From an uncultured Candidatus Binatia bacterium (GTDB lineage Bacteria > Desulfobacterota > Binatia > Bin18), in NCBI GenBank assembly GCA_965204455.1, contig CBDBEO010000001.1, positions 652,552 to 716,551 of the forward strand: a DNA stretch of 64,000 nucleotides, written 5' to 3'. Positions 26,407-34,821 of the stretch are shown one piece after another. The notes under the pieces are model-generated. The model saw nothing but the letters and a program-made list of their open reading frames with translations. It did no database searches and was not told the DNA's origin. Numbering within the stretch: position 1 is the stretch's first letter; the number at the start of each line of letters is the position of its first letter. Both the position numbers and the translations under genes were made by a program.

Positions 26407-26786
26407 GAAGCGTGAAAACGGCGCTCCCAGTCGTGCTCGCGGCTCGTGATCAGGTGTTCGAGGCGCTGGATGCGGCGGTCGAGCTTGTCGAAGCTGCGCT
26501 TCAGGCGTTGCAGCGCCATGCCCCGCGAGCCGGCGTAGGAGTGATAAAACTCCTGCTCCTGGCTGGTCTGCAGGGGAATGACCGGTGCGGGTTTCATCAG
26601 CAGGGCGGCCAGGAGATACAGCCCGCCCACGGCCCACAAGCCGGAAAACAGGAAGACAACGAAGGTTACACACCGGACCCAGAACAGGCTGAAGTCGAAG
26701 TAGTCGGCGACGCCTTTACACACGCCCAAGATCATCCCGTTCCGGGAGCGGTACAGGTGGCTCTGAGACTGGGCAGCAGATGTCAT
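26403..26786 (-). CDS. pspC: Envelope stress response membrane protein PspC
   Basis: 127 aa: LYRSRNGMILGVCKGVADYFDFSLFWVRCVTFVVFLFSG (PspC domain), followed by a TM helix and a leucine-zipper-like tail. Confidence 0.8.
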   Translation of the reverse strand: MTSAAQSQSHLYRSRNGMILGVCKGVADYFDFSLFWVRCVTFVVFLFSGLWAVGGLYLLAALLMKPAPVIPLQTSQEQEFYHSYAGSRGMALQRLKRSFDKLDRRIQRLEHLITSREHDWERRFHAS

Positions 26787-27034
26787 GGTCGGTCTCCTTT
26801 GCTGGGTGGTCTGTCCTGGTCGAGCACCAGCGTCTCCAGCGCCTCGATGCGTTCTTCCAGGCGCGACAGCCCCTGGTAGAGTTCCTGCATGAGTCTGGTT
26901 TCCTGGCTGTCGAGCTGGCTGTCGCGACGGGGGCTGCCTTTGAGGATTTTGAGAGCGGCCAGGGCCAGCCCCCCGGTGACCGCCACAAATCCGGTGCCGA
27001 AGATGAGCAAAACCGCCAGGACGCCGGCTTTCAT
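26783..27034 (-). CDS. pspB: Phage shock protein B
   Basis: 83-aa reading from the ATG at 27034 inside track ORF 26783..27430. MKAGVLAVLLIFGTGFVAVTGGLALAALKIL (one TM helix), then ETRLMQELYQGLSRLEERIEALETLVLD, resembling the E. coli PspB C-terminus. 4-nt overlaps with both neighbours. Confidence 0.7.
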   Translation of the reverse strand: MKAGVLAVLLIFGTGFVAVTGGLALAALKILKGSPRRDSQLDSQETRLMQELYQGLSRLEERIEALETLVLDQDRPPSKGDRP

Positions 27035-27552
27035 CTCGTCCCTCTTGTCTTGAGCGTGGGCATCAGCGTCCCGCTCAGGGTCTTGGTGCCGATGGCAGAA
27101 ACGATGAGGATCGCGACAAAGACCAGCATCACCCCCAGGTGAGCCAGGCCGAGCGCCGGGTTGTCGGCTTGCTCGGCCAGTTGCCTGAGCGCCGGGATGT
27201 GTAAAAACGCTTCGTTGACGGTGGCGCCCCACAGCATGTAATAGCTGACGATCATGCACGTCAGGTGCACCGCCAGCCAGTGCCGGATGGCCTGGGTGGC
27301 AATCGCCCAGTAACCGATACAGACGGTCACCAGCGTAATGATGGCCAGCCAGTGGGGAAAAAAGAAGCTGCCGAACTGATAGATCAGCAGCGCGGTCAGG
27401 TTTGTGATCAGCATGGCATACACATACCATTTGCCCCGCTTTCTATGGCTGGCCGTTCCCTTCTGACCACACAACAGCAGGCCGCCCACCAGCAGGGATA
27501 TCAGGCTGGCAATCACATGGACCCAGCTGATCGGTGACAATACGTCTGGCAT
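27031..27552 (-). CDS. Five-TM membrane protein (DUF2306-like) embedded in the psp operon
   Basis: 173 aa with five hydrophobic helices. WVHVIASLISLLVGGLLLCGQKGTASHRKRGKWYVY resembles the H...G...Q...HR..G..Y start of DUF2306. Its stop overlaps the pspB start (ATGA), and its start is 13 nt after the pspA stop. Confidence 0.55.
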   Translation of the reverse strand: MPDVLSPISWVHVIASLISLLVGGLLLCGQKGTASHRKRGKWYVYAMLITNLTALLIYQFGSFFFPHWLAIITLVTVCIGYWAIATQAIRHWLAVHLTCMIVSYYMLWGATVNEAFLHIPALRQLAEQADNPALGLAHLGVMLVFVAILIVSAIGTKTLSGTLMPTLKTRGTR

Positions 27553-27564
27553 GTCTCCCCCTTT

Positions 27565-28239
27565 CTAGCTGTCGGCCGGCCGCTTGGCCGCCGCAGCCTT
27601 GAGGCTGGCCAGCTCTCGCTCAATCTCCTCATCGCCTTCGAGACGGTCGAACTCTTCTTCGAGGCTGGGCTTGCGATGGCTGTTGACCAGCTCGGCCTCG
27701 GCTTCGAGGCGCTCGACCCGGCTCTCGAACTGCTCGAAGCGCAGCACCGCGTCGTTGTTCTCAAAGCGGCGGATGTCGGCCTGGGCGCGTTTGTGCTTTT
27801 GAGCCCGGATGTGGCGCTGGACCAGAAGCCGCTGCTTTTCGCGGGCCGCGCTGAGCTTATCCTCCAGCTGGGCAATATCGGACTGATACTGCGCAATAAG
27901 CTCGCCGCTGTGGAACAGCTCTTCTTCGAGCGCTGTCGTCCGTTCTCGATAGCGCCGCTTTTCCAGCAGCGCTTCGCGGGCCAGATCCTCGCGGCCCTTG
28001 CTGACGGCCAGCTGGGCCTTATCCTCCCAGCCGGCGGTCCGGGTGTGGACGTGTTCGAGGTCGCGTTGGATGCGCTTTTTGGCGGCCATTGCGCCTGCGC
28101 ACGAGGCCTTGATTTCGACCAGCGTGTCTTCCATCTCCTGGATCATGAGCCGCACCATTTTTTCCGGGTCTTCGGCCCGGTCCAGCATGGCGTTGATGTT
28201 GGAGCTGATGATATCGCTGAGTCGGCTGAAAACTCCCAT
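27565..28239 (-). CDS. pspA: Phage shock protein A (PspA/IM30)
   Basis: In-frame ATG at 28239 after GGAGG. MGVFSRLSDIISSNINAMLDRAEDPEKMVRLMIQEMEDTLVE is the canonical PspA N-terminus, with coiled-coil sequence throughout. Confidence 0.9.
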   Translation of the reverse strand: MGVFSRLSDIISSNINAMLDRAEDPEKMVRLMIQEMEDTLVEIKASCAGAMAAKKRIQRDLEHVHTRTAGWEDKAQLAVSKGREDLAREALLEKRRYRERTTALEEELFHSGELIAQYQSDIAQLEDKLSAAREKQRLLVQRHIRAQKHKRAQADIRRFENNDAVLRFEQFESRVERLEAEAELVNSHRKPSLEEEFDRLEGDEEIERELASLKAAAAKRPADS

Positions 28240-28280
28240 GATGTGTCCTCCGTTTGCTTGCGGTCTTGGAGTACATAGTA

Positions 28281-28296
28281 GCAGAGAGTGTGCCAA
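28281..28296 (-). promoter_or_regulatory. Sigma-54 (-24/-12) promoter of pspA
   Basis: The minus strand reads TTGGCACACTCTCTGC(T): GG and GC at the correct 10-nt spacing of the TGGCAC-N5-TTGC consensus, about 42 nt upstream of the pspA ATG. An AT-rich 100 bp follows towards pspF. Confidence 0.65.
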
Positions 28297-28399
28297 ACAC
28301 CGAAAAATTGAAAAGCTGAGGAATATCGGGTGCTTATCAAAATCGAAGAAAATGTCGATTTGGCTTTTTTCACTATCTTTTTGCGAATATCACCGTATA

Positions 28400-29497
28400 A
28401 TGGCTTCAAAAGCCATGGAAAAATACGCTTCTATGCAAGATGATCGAGGCGCCCAGACGGCCAGTGAGGCACCCCACGTTGGCCGGACCGAGGCCATCGG
28501 TCAGTCGGAGATTTTTCTGGAATTTCAGGAGCGGCTGTCACGGATCGCCCGGGTCAACCGGCCGGCACTGTTGATCGGCGAACGGGGCTCGGGAAAAGAG
28601 TTGGCCGTCTCACGCCTCCACTATCTGTCGCCGCGCTGGCAGGCACCCTTGCTGGCCCTCAACTGTGCGGCCCTGTCTCCGAGCCTGATTGAGTCCGAAC
28701 TTTTCGGGCATGAGCCGGGCGCCTTTACCGGAGCGGTTGGGCGCCGAGCCGGGCGCTTCGAGGCGGCGGACGGCGGCACCCTGTTTTTGGACGAGATCGG
28801 ACAGCTGCCGCTCGAGGTGCAGGAGAAGCTTTTGCGCGTTGTGGAGTACGGCAGCTTTGAACGGGTCGGCGGCTCGCAGCCGATTCAGGCCGATGTGCGG
28901 ATTATCGGGGCGACCAACGCCGATCTGGCCGAACTGGCCAGGCAGGGCCGCTTCAAGACCGATCTCTTGGACCGGCTGTCCTTTGAGGTGGTGTTTGTGC
29001 CGCCCCTGCGCGAGCGCCGGTCGGACATTGTGCTGCTGGCCCGGCACTTTGCCGGCCGCATGGCCGTTGAACTCGGCCGGCATGACATTCCCCAGTTCAG
29101 CCCTGGGGCGCTTGCCGCGCTCGAAGCCTACCCCTGGCCGGGTAATATCCGCGAACTTAAAAATGTCGTGGAACGGGCGGTATCCCGGTCTGATGACAGC
29201 CAGGTAACTCAAGTCACTGAGGCCGTCATTCTTTTCGATCCCTTTCGGTCTCCCTTTGAGGCCGGACCACAGGCGGACGACAAGCCAGCCGAGCCGGAAG
29301 TCCAACAGCCGCCCCAGGCTGCCGAGACCAAACCCTTTACCCAGGCCGTGCAGGAGTTGGAGATCGCGCTGCTGCGAAAAGCGCTCAGCCGGGCCAAATA
29401 CAACCAGCGCAGGGCGGCCGAGAGTCTGGGCCTCACCTACCACCAGTTCCGCGGTCTGTGCCGCAAGTATGGGCCGGCGGTGCGGGACGAGGGCTGA
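28400..29497 (+). CDS. pspF: Sigma-54-dependent transcriptional activator PspF
   Basis: In-frame ATG at 28400 (alternatives at 28415 and 28433). AAA+ core GERGSGKE, GAFTGA loop (EPGAFTGA), FLDEIG, RIIGATN. C-terminal HTH AAESLGLTYHQFRGLCRKYG. No receiver domain. Divergent from pspA. Confidence 0.85.
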   Translation: MASKAMEKYASMQDDRGAQTASEAPHVGRTEAIGQSEIFLEFQERLSRIARVNRPALLIGERGSGKELAVSRLHYLSPRWQAPLLALNCAALSPSLIESELFGHEPGAFTGAVGRRAGRFEAADGGTLFLDEIGQLPLEVQEKLLRVVEYGSFERVGGSQPIQADVRIIGATNADLAELARQGRFKTDLLDRLSFEVVFVPPLRERRSDIVLLARHFAGRMAVELGRHDIPQFSPGALAALEAYPWPGNIRELKNVVERAVSRSDDSQVTQVTEAVILFDPFRSPFEAGPQADDKPAEPEVQQPPQAAETKPFTQAVQELEIALLRKALSRAKYNQRRAAESLGLTYHQFRGLCRKYGPAVRDEG

Positions 29498-29544
29498 GGC
29501 GCTCAGCCGCCTTGACCCCCCCGGGTTTTGAGCCTATGTTCCGG

Positions 29545-29597
29545 CCAGGATTGAGCCAGGATTGAGCGGTCTATGGCCAGGATTGAGCGGTCTATGC
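29545..29597. repeat. Tandem direct repeat CCAGGATTGAGC(GGTCTATGG), about 2.5 copies, spanning the start region of the first CoA-transferase gene
   Basis: Read directly: ccaggattgag / ccaggattgagcggtctatgg / ccaggattgagcggtctatgc. This creates two alternative in-frame ATGs (29573, 29594). Confidence 0.75.
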
Positions 29598-30817
29598 CTA
29601 TGAATGCTGATTCGCCCCCGAGCGCCGGTCCGCTGAGCGGCATCCGTGTCATCGAGTGTGGGGTGCTGCTGGCCGCCCCGTTTTGCGCCCGCCTGCTGGC
29701 CGATTTCGGCGCCCAGGTCATCAAGGTCGAGCCGCCAAATCAGGGCGATCCCATGCGCGCGACCGGACAGGCGCTGCTGGACGGCAAAAGCCTGTGGTGG
29801 CCCAGCATCGCTCGCAATAAGCAGTGTATTACGCTCAACCTGCGCCTGCCCGAAGGCCAGGACCTGCTGCGCCGGCTGGCCGCCCAGGCCGATGTGGTGC
29901 TGGAGAACTTTCGGCCCGGCACGTTCGAGGGTTGGGGGCTGGGCTATGAGGCGCTGCGCGAGATCAACCCGGGTCTGATATTTGCCCGGGTGTCGGGCTA
30001 CGGTCAGACCGGACCCAACCGCCACAAGCCCGGCTTTGCGGCGGTGGCGGAGGCGTTTGGCGGGCTGCGCCACAGCGTTGGCTTCCCGGACCGGCCGCCC
30101 GGTCGGGTGGGGGTGAGCATCGGCGATTCCCTGGCCGGCATGTTTTCGGCCCTGGGCATCATGCTGGCCCTGTACCACCGGGATGTGAACGGCGGGCGCG
30201 GCCAGGTCATTGATACGGCCCTGTATGAGGCGGTGTTCGCGGTCATGGAGGGGGCGCTGACCGAGTATGACAAAACCGGCCATGTGCGGACCCGGACCGG
30301 CACGAGCCTGCCCGGTTTTGCCCCGTCCAATCTGTACCCGTGTCGGGACGGCAAATGGATCATCATTGCCGCCCAGTCCGACAAGCTGTTCGAGCGCCTG
30401 TGTCGGGTCATGGGCCGTGAAGACCTGCTGGGCGACCCGCGTTTTGCCAGGGCTGCGGCGCGCGGCCAGAACCGGGACGCCATTGACGCGATTGTGGCCG
30501 GCTGGACGGCCGAACACGACCTGTCCGCACTGCTGCCGCGCCTCGAAGCCGCCATCATCCCGACCGGGCCGGTCAACAGCATGGCCGATATTGCGGCCGA
30601 CCCGCACTTTCAGGCCCGCGACATGCTGCTCAGCCTGCACGACCGGTTGCTGGGGGCAATCCGCATGCAGGGCATCGTGCCCAAGCTGAGCGACACACCG
30701 GGGGCGGCGCGGTTTGTCGGCCCGGCTCTGGGCGAGCATAATCACGAGGTGTATCAGGGGCTGCTCGGCCTTCGGGCCGAGGAGCTGGCCGGCCTGCGCG
30801 AGCGAGGTGTGATCTAG
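29594..30817 (+). CDS. Family III (CaiB/BaiF) CoA-transferase, copy 1
   Basis: Track ORF 29573..30817. The start is ambiguous (29573, 29594 or 29600) because of the tandem repeat. LSGIRVIECGVLLAAPFCARLLADFGAQVIKVEPP is the family N-terminus, and GVSIGDSLAG carries the catalytic-Asp region. Confidence 0.85.
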   Translation: MPMNADSPPSAGPLSGIRVIECGVLLAAPFCARLLADFGAQVIKVEPPNQGDPMRATGQALLDGKSLWWPSIARNKQCITLNLRLPEGQDLLRRLAAQADVVLENFRPGTFEGWGLGYEALREINPGLIFARVSGYGQTGPNRHKPGFAAVAEAFGGLRHSVGFPDRPPGRVGVSIGDSLAGMFSALGIMLALYHRDVNGGRGQVIDTALYEAVFAVMEGALTEYDKTGHVRTRTGTSLPGFAPSNLYPCRDGKWIIIAAQSDKLFERLCRVMGREDLLGDPRFARAAARGQNRDAIDAIVAGWTAEHDLSALLPRLEAAIIPTGPVNSMADIAADPHFQARDMLLSLHDRLLGAIRMQGIVPKLSDTPGAARFVGPALGEHNHEVYQGLLGLRAEELAGLRERGVI

Positions 30818-30855
30818 CGGCGTGATCTAACGGCGTGATCGAGTGGAGACACGAC

Positions 30856-32064
30856 ATGGCAGAACAACTTCTCACGGGTCTGAAAGTCCTTGAGTGTGGC
30901 AATCTGGTCTCGGCGCCCTATCTGGGCAAGCTGTTGGCCGACCTGGGAGCCGAGGTGATCAAGCTTGAGGAGCCCGGCGGCGACAGCGCCCGCGAGCGTG
31001 GCCCCTTCCCCGGCGATACCCCGCACCCGGAGAAGAGCGGGCTGTTTTTGTATCTGAACGCCAACAAGCTTGGGGCGACGCTGAACCTGCGTACGCCACA
31101 CGGACGGGGGCTGTTGCAGAGTCTGTGCAGCCGGGCCGACCTGCTGATCCACAACTATCGGCCGCCCGAGATGGCCGGCCTGGGGCTGGACTTCGACACG
31201 CTGCGGCGGGCCAATCCGGGCCTGATCATGACCACGATTTCGTATTTCGGCTGCACCGGGCCCTACCGCGACTACCACGCCTTTGAGCTGACGGCCAGCA
31301 ACGCCGGGGGCTGGGCGTTCATCAGCCCCGGCGCCTCGGATTATGCCGACCTGCCGCCGCTCAAGGCCTTTGGCCACCAGGCCGATTTCCAGGGTGGCGT
31401 GCATGCCGCAGTGGCCAGCCTGGGCGCCTATTATCACCGGCTGCTGAGCGGCCAGGGCCAGCACGTCGACGTGTCGATCCAGGAGTGTATCGCCGCCATT
31501 CTGGAAATGAACTTCATGCACTACACCTATGCCGGCAACGAGACCTCACGCCTGGGGAGGCGCTCGATTTTTCCGTGGTGCATGCTCGACTGCCAGGACG
31601 GCAAGCTGTTTGTCATCAACGTCGAAGAAGACCAGTGGCAGCGCCTGGTGGAGCTGATGGGCAATCCTGAGTGGGCCGCGCTGGAGATCTTCGAAGACCG
31701 GGTCCAGCGCGGCCTGAACTACGACGCGCTCTTTCCGCTGCTCCAGGAGTGGGCGGCCAACTGGAAGGTGGCCGACCTGTACAAGGCCGGCCAGGAGCGC
31801 CGGATCTGCATGGCGCCGGTGAATACCATGGCCGACCTGTTTGCCTCCGAGCACCTGAAGGCGCGCGAGTTCTTCACCACGGTCAGCCATCAGGTCGCCG
31901 GCACGCTGGACTACCCCGGCGCCCCGTTCAAGGTGTCCGAAGGCGGGGTCGAGACGCCCCGCCCGGCCCCGCTGCTGGGCGAGCATAATGAAGCGGTCTA
32001 CTGCGGCCGGCTCGGCCTGTCCGGGGACGAACTGGCCGACCTGAAGCAGAAGGGCGTTATCTGA
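30856..32064 (+). CDS. Family III (CaiB/BaiF) CoA-transferase, copy 2
   Basis: In-frame ATG at 30856 (MAEQLLTGLKVLECGNLVSAPYLGKLLADLGAEVIKLEEP). Confidence 0.85.
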   Translation: MAEQLLTGLKVLECGNLVSAPYLGKLLADLGAEVIKLEEPGGDSARERGPFPGDTPHPEKSGLFLYLNANKLGATLNLRTPHGRGLLQSLCSRADLLIHNYRPPEMAGLGLDFDTLRRANPGLIMTTISYFGCTGPYRDYHAFELTASNAGGWAFISPGASDYADLPPLKAFGHQADFQGGVHAAVASLGAYYHRLLSGQGQHVDVSIQECIAAILEMNFMHYTYAGNETSRLGRRSIFPWCMLDCQDGKLFVINVEEDQWQRLVELMGNPEWAALEIFEDRVQRGLNYDALFPLLQEWAANWKVADLYKAGQERRICMAPVNTMADLFASEHLKAREFFTTVSHQVAGTLDYPGAPFKVSEGGVETPRPAPLLGEHNEAVYCGRLGLSGDELADLKQKGVI

Positions 32065-32083
32065 ACGCGGAACGAGGTATCGC

Positions 32084-33304
32084 ATGTCATCATCACGACC
32101 CCTGGACGGCATTCGCGTGCTGGACTTCACCTGGGCCTGGGCTGGCCCCTACTGTACGCTGCAGATGGCTCATATGGGCGCACAGGTGATCCGTATCGAG
32201 AGCGAGAAACGGCCGTGTGTCACGCGGCTGATCCCGCCCTTTGCGGATGACCAGCCGGGCCCCAACCGGGCCGGCTACTTCAACCAGTACAGTCAGGGCA
32301 AGAAGAGCATACAGCTCGACCTGGGCCGACCCGAGGCGGCCGAGATTGTCAAAAAGCTGGCCGCCCAGTCCGATATCGTCGTCCAGAACTTTTCGGCCGG
32401 CGCGATTGAGCGCATGGGCTTTGGCTATGACACGCTCAGCCAGATCAAGCCCGACCTGATCATGATTTCAATCTGCGGCTACGGCCAGACCGGCCCTGAG
32501 CGCAAGTATATGGGCTATGGGCCGGCCTCGGTGCCCCTGGCCGGTATCTCGTCGCTGTCCGGCTATCGGGACAAGGAGCCGGCCGAGGTCGGGATTTCCT
32601 ACGGCGATCCGAACGCCGGCATCTTTGGGGCGTTTGCCGCCATGGCGGCCCTGGCCTACCGGCAGCGGACCGGCCGGGGCGTGCACGTCGATCTGGCGTT
32701 GTGGGAGGCGCTCTTGGTCTTGATGCCCGAGGGGCTGATGGACTACGCCATGAACAAGACCCAGGCCGAGCGGGACGGCAACCGCGACCCCTGGATGGCG
32801 CCCCACGGCTGCTTCAAGTGCCAGGGCGACGCCGATAAGTGGGTGACGATTGTGTGCGGCTCGGACGCCGAGTGGCAGGCCCTGTGTCGAGCCATCGGCC
32901 AGCCCGAGCTGGCGACCGACAAGCGCTTTGCCAATGCCACCGCCCGCAAGGCCAACGAGGACGCGCTGGAGGACATCCTGAGCGCCTGGACCGCGCAGCG
33001 CGACCGCTGGGAGGTGACCGAGGTCTTGCAAAAGGCCGGAGTGGCAGCCTTTCCGTCGATGAGCAACAAGGACATGGCCACCGACCCGCACCTCGAAGCG
33101 CGCGGCTATCTGGTCCGCAAAGACCACCCCGAGTTCAGCCCGCGCGTCCACGCCGGCGTGCCGTGGCACATGTCGGACACGCCGTGCGAGGTGCGCACCG
33201 CCGCCCCGCTGCGCGGCCAGCATACCGATGAGGTCTTGGGCGAGCTGCTGGGCATGTCGGAGGCCGAGATTGGGCAGCTCCGCGACGGGCAGGTGCTGAC
33301 CTGA
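32084..33304 (+). CDS. Family III (CaiB/BaiF) CoA-transferase, copy 3
   Basis: 406 aa: LDGIRVLDFTWAWAGPYCTLQMAHMGAQVIRIE, ISYGDPNAG. Confidence 0.85.
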   Translation: MSSSRPLDGIRVLDFTWAWAGPYCTLQMAHMGAQVIRIESEKRPCVTRLIPPFADDQPGPNRAGYFNQYSQGKKSIQLDLGRPEAAEIVKKLAAQSDIVVQNFSAGAIERMGFGYDTLSQIKPDLIMISICGYGQTGPERKYMGYGPASVPLAGISSLSGYRDKEPAEVGISYGDPNAGIFGAFAAMAALAYRQRTGRGVHVDLALWEALLVLMPEGLMDYAMNKTQAERDGNRDPWMAPHGCFKCQGDADKWVTIVCGSDAEWQALCRAIGQPELATDKRFANATARKANEDALEDILSAWTAQRDRWEVTEVLQKAGVAAFPSMSNKDMATDPHLEARGYLVRKDHPEFSPRVHAGVPWHMSDTPCEVRTAAPLRGQHTDEVLGELLGMSEAEIGQLRDGQVLT

Positions 33305-33347
33305 GCAATGCGAAACGCGGAGCCGATGTCATAAGGCTGGAGTCACG

Positions 33348-34673
33348 ATGAAGCGGGTCTTTTCATTCCTCATTCCCCATTCCTCGTTCATCGTTGCCGT
33401 CATCTTTCTTGTCAGCGCCTGCGGCCAGCCGCAAAAAAAGCCGTTCTCGAATCCCAGACTGTACGCCGACCCGCCGCCCGCAGCGTCGCCCGCCCAGCGG
33501 TCGGCGCCCGCTCCGGGCGGGCCGGCGCCGGCCGCCGCTTCAGGCTGGACCCAGAGTGTGACCGAGCGGGCGATTGCCGGCCAGCCGGGGCTGCGCGAGA
33601 GCGTGTGGACGAGTGCCCGTCCTCCGCACGGCCGGCACGACTACATCGCCGTGCACCGTATTCGGAGCGTGGCTGCGCCGTCGGACGCCGCCCGGTCGGT
33701 GTTTTTCTTTCTGCCCGGCTCGCACCACCACGGCGAGGTGGTGGTGGCCGATGAGCGCTACGACCTGCGGCTGTATCTGGCCCAGCGCGGGGTCGAGACC
33801 TGGACCCTCGATTATCGGACGCATTTCATCACCCGCGAGCAGATCTTCGAGTCCGGCTTCATGCAGGGCTGGACCGCTCAGGTCTTTATTGAGGATGCGG
33901 CTGCGGCCGCGGATTTTGTCCGTCAGACGAGCGGGGTGCAGAAGATCTTTGTTGGCGGCTATAGCCGCGGGGCGACGTTTGCGGCCCTGCTGGCGGCCCG
34001 CTACAGCCGCCAGGACGTGCTCGGCCTGGCCCTGCTGGACGGCTATGCCCTCGAGCCGCCCGAGGCGCGTGCGATTTACCGCGAGCGGCCCGAGACCCCG
34101 ACTTGGTTTGCCGACGATCTGGAGCGGCGCTACGTGCCCTACCGGCGCTGGATCAAGATGTTGCAAGACACGCTGGCCGAGCCCGACGGTCCCGATTTCA
34201 TGCCGGTTCACCTGTTTGAGAACCGGGCCGAGATGCTGAAACACTTCCTCTTCGTGTCCCCGACCTACGGCCAGCAGGGCGGACTGTCAAACGCCAAGGG
34301 CGGCTATGCCGATATCCTGGTCCTGGCCCGGATATTCCTGCACCAGGATCGCTACTGGCCGCGGGTCCAGAATCACGGCGGTTTCGAGCTCCAGCGTCAT
34401 CTGGCCGAGGCCCAGTTCGACTATGCCGGTGCGCTGCGCGCCCTCACCATTCCGATCATCGCCTTTGCCAGCAGCAATATGGACAAGGCCGGTATCGGCT
34501 GGGCCAGACGGGTCGAGTATACCGCCCGGGCAACGGCCAGCCGTGACGTCGAGTACGCCCTGCTCCAGGATTGGGGTCATCTCGACGTGTTGCTCGGCAC
34601 GGCCGCGGCTCAACAGGTGTTTTCGCCCCTGGCCCGGTGGATAGACCAGCATACGCCGGCTTCCAGCCCCTGA
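33348..34673 (+). CDS. Alpha/beta-hydrolase-fold lipoprotein
   Basis: 441 aa. Lipobox VSAC after a hydrophobic signal sequence, a Pro/Ala-rich linker, a GGYSRGA nucleophile elbow (G-x-S-x-G) and a late DWGHLD motif. Confidence 0.65.
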   Translation: MKRVFSFLIPHSSFIVAVIFLVSACGQPQKKPFSNPRLYADPPPAASPAQRSAPAPGGPAPAAASGWTQSVTERAIAGQPGLRESVWTSARPPHGRHDYIAVHRIRSVAAPSDAARSVFFFLPGSHHHGEVVVADERYDLRLYLAQRGVETWTLDYRTHFITREQIFESGFMQGWTAQVFIEDAAAAADFVRQTSGVQKIFVGGYSRGATFAALLAARYSRQDVLGLALLDGYALEPPEARAIYRERPETPTWFADDLERRYVPYRRWIKMLQDTLAEPDGPDFMPVHLFENRAEMLKHFLFVSPTYGQQGGLSNAKGGYADILVLARIFLHQDRYWPRVQNHGGFELQRHLAEAQFDYAGALRALTIPIIAFASSNMDKAGIGWARRVEYTARATASRDVEYALLQDWGHLDVLLGTAAAQQVFSPLARWIDQHTPASSP

Positions 34674-34821
34674 GTTCCGCGTCCGCTCAGGCGCCTCAAT
34701 CCGGCGGGCTGTCTGCTTGCATGTTCGGGCGTTCCCAAGTACAATCCCGCTCGGTCTGCGGCGACTGAATGACTGTTCAGTCGTCTGAGGCTCTTTTGCC
34801 AGGCTGTCAGGAGGGGCGCAT

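Noticed and set aside
27998-28399. The N-terminal 134 codons of track ORF 27998..29497 (an extended PspF).
   Set aside because: This segment is antisense to pspA and to its sigma-54 promoter. The AAA+ domain begins shortly after the ATG at 28400.
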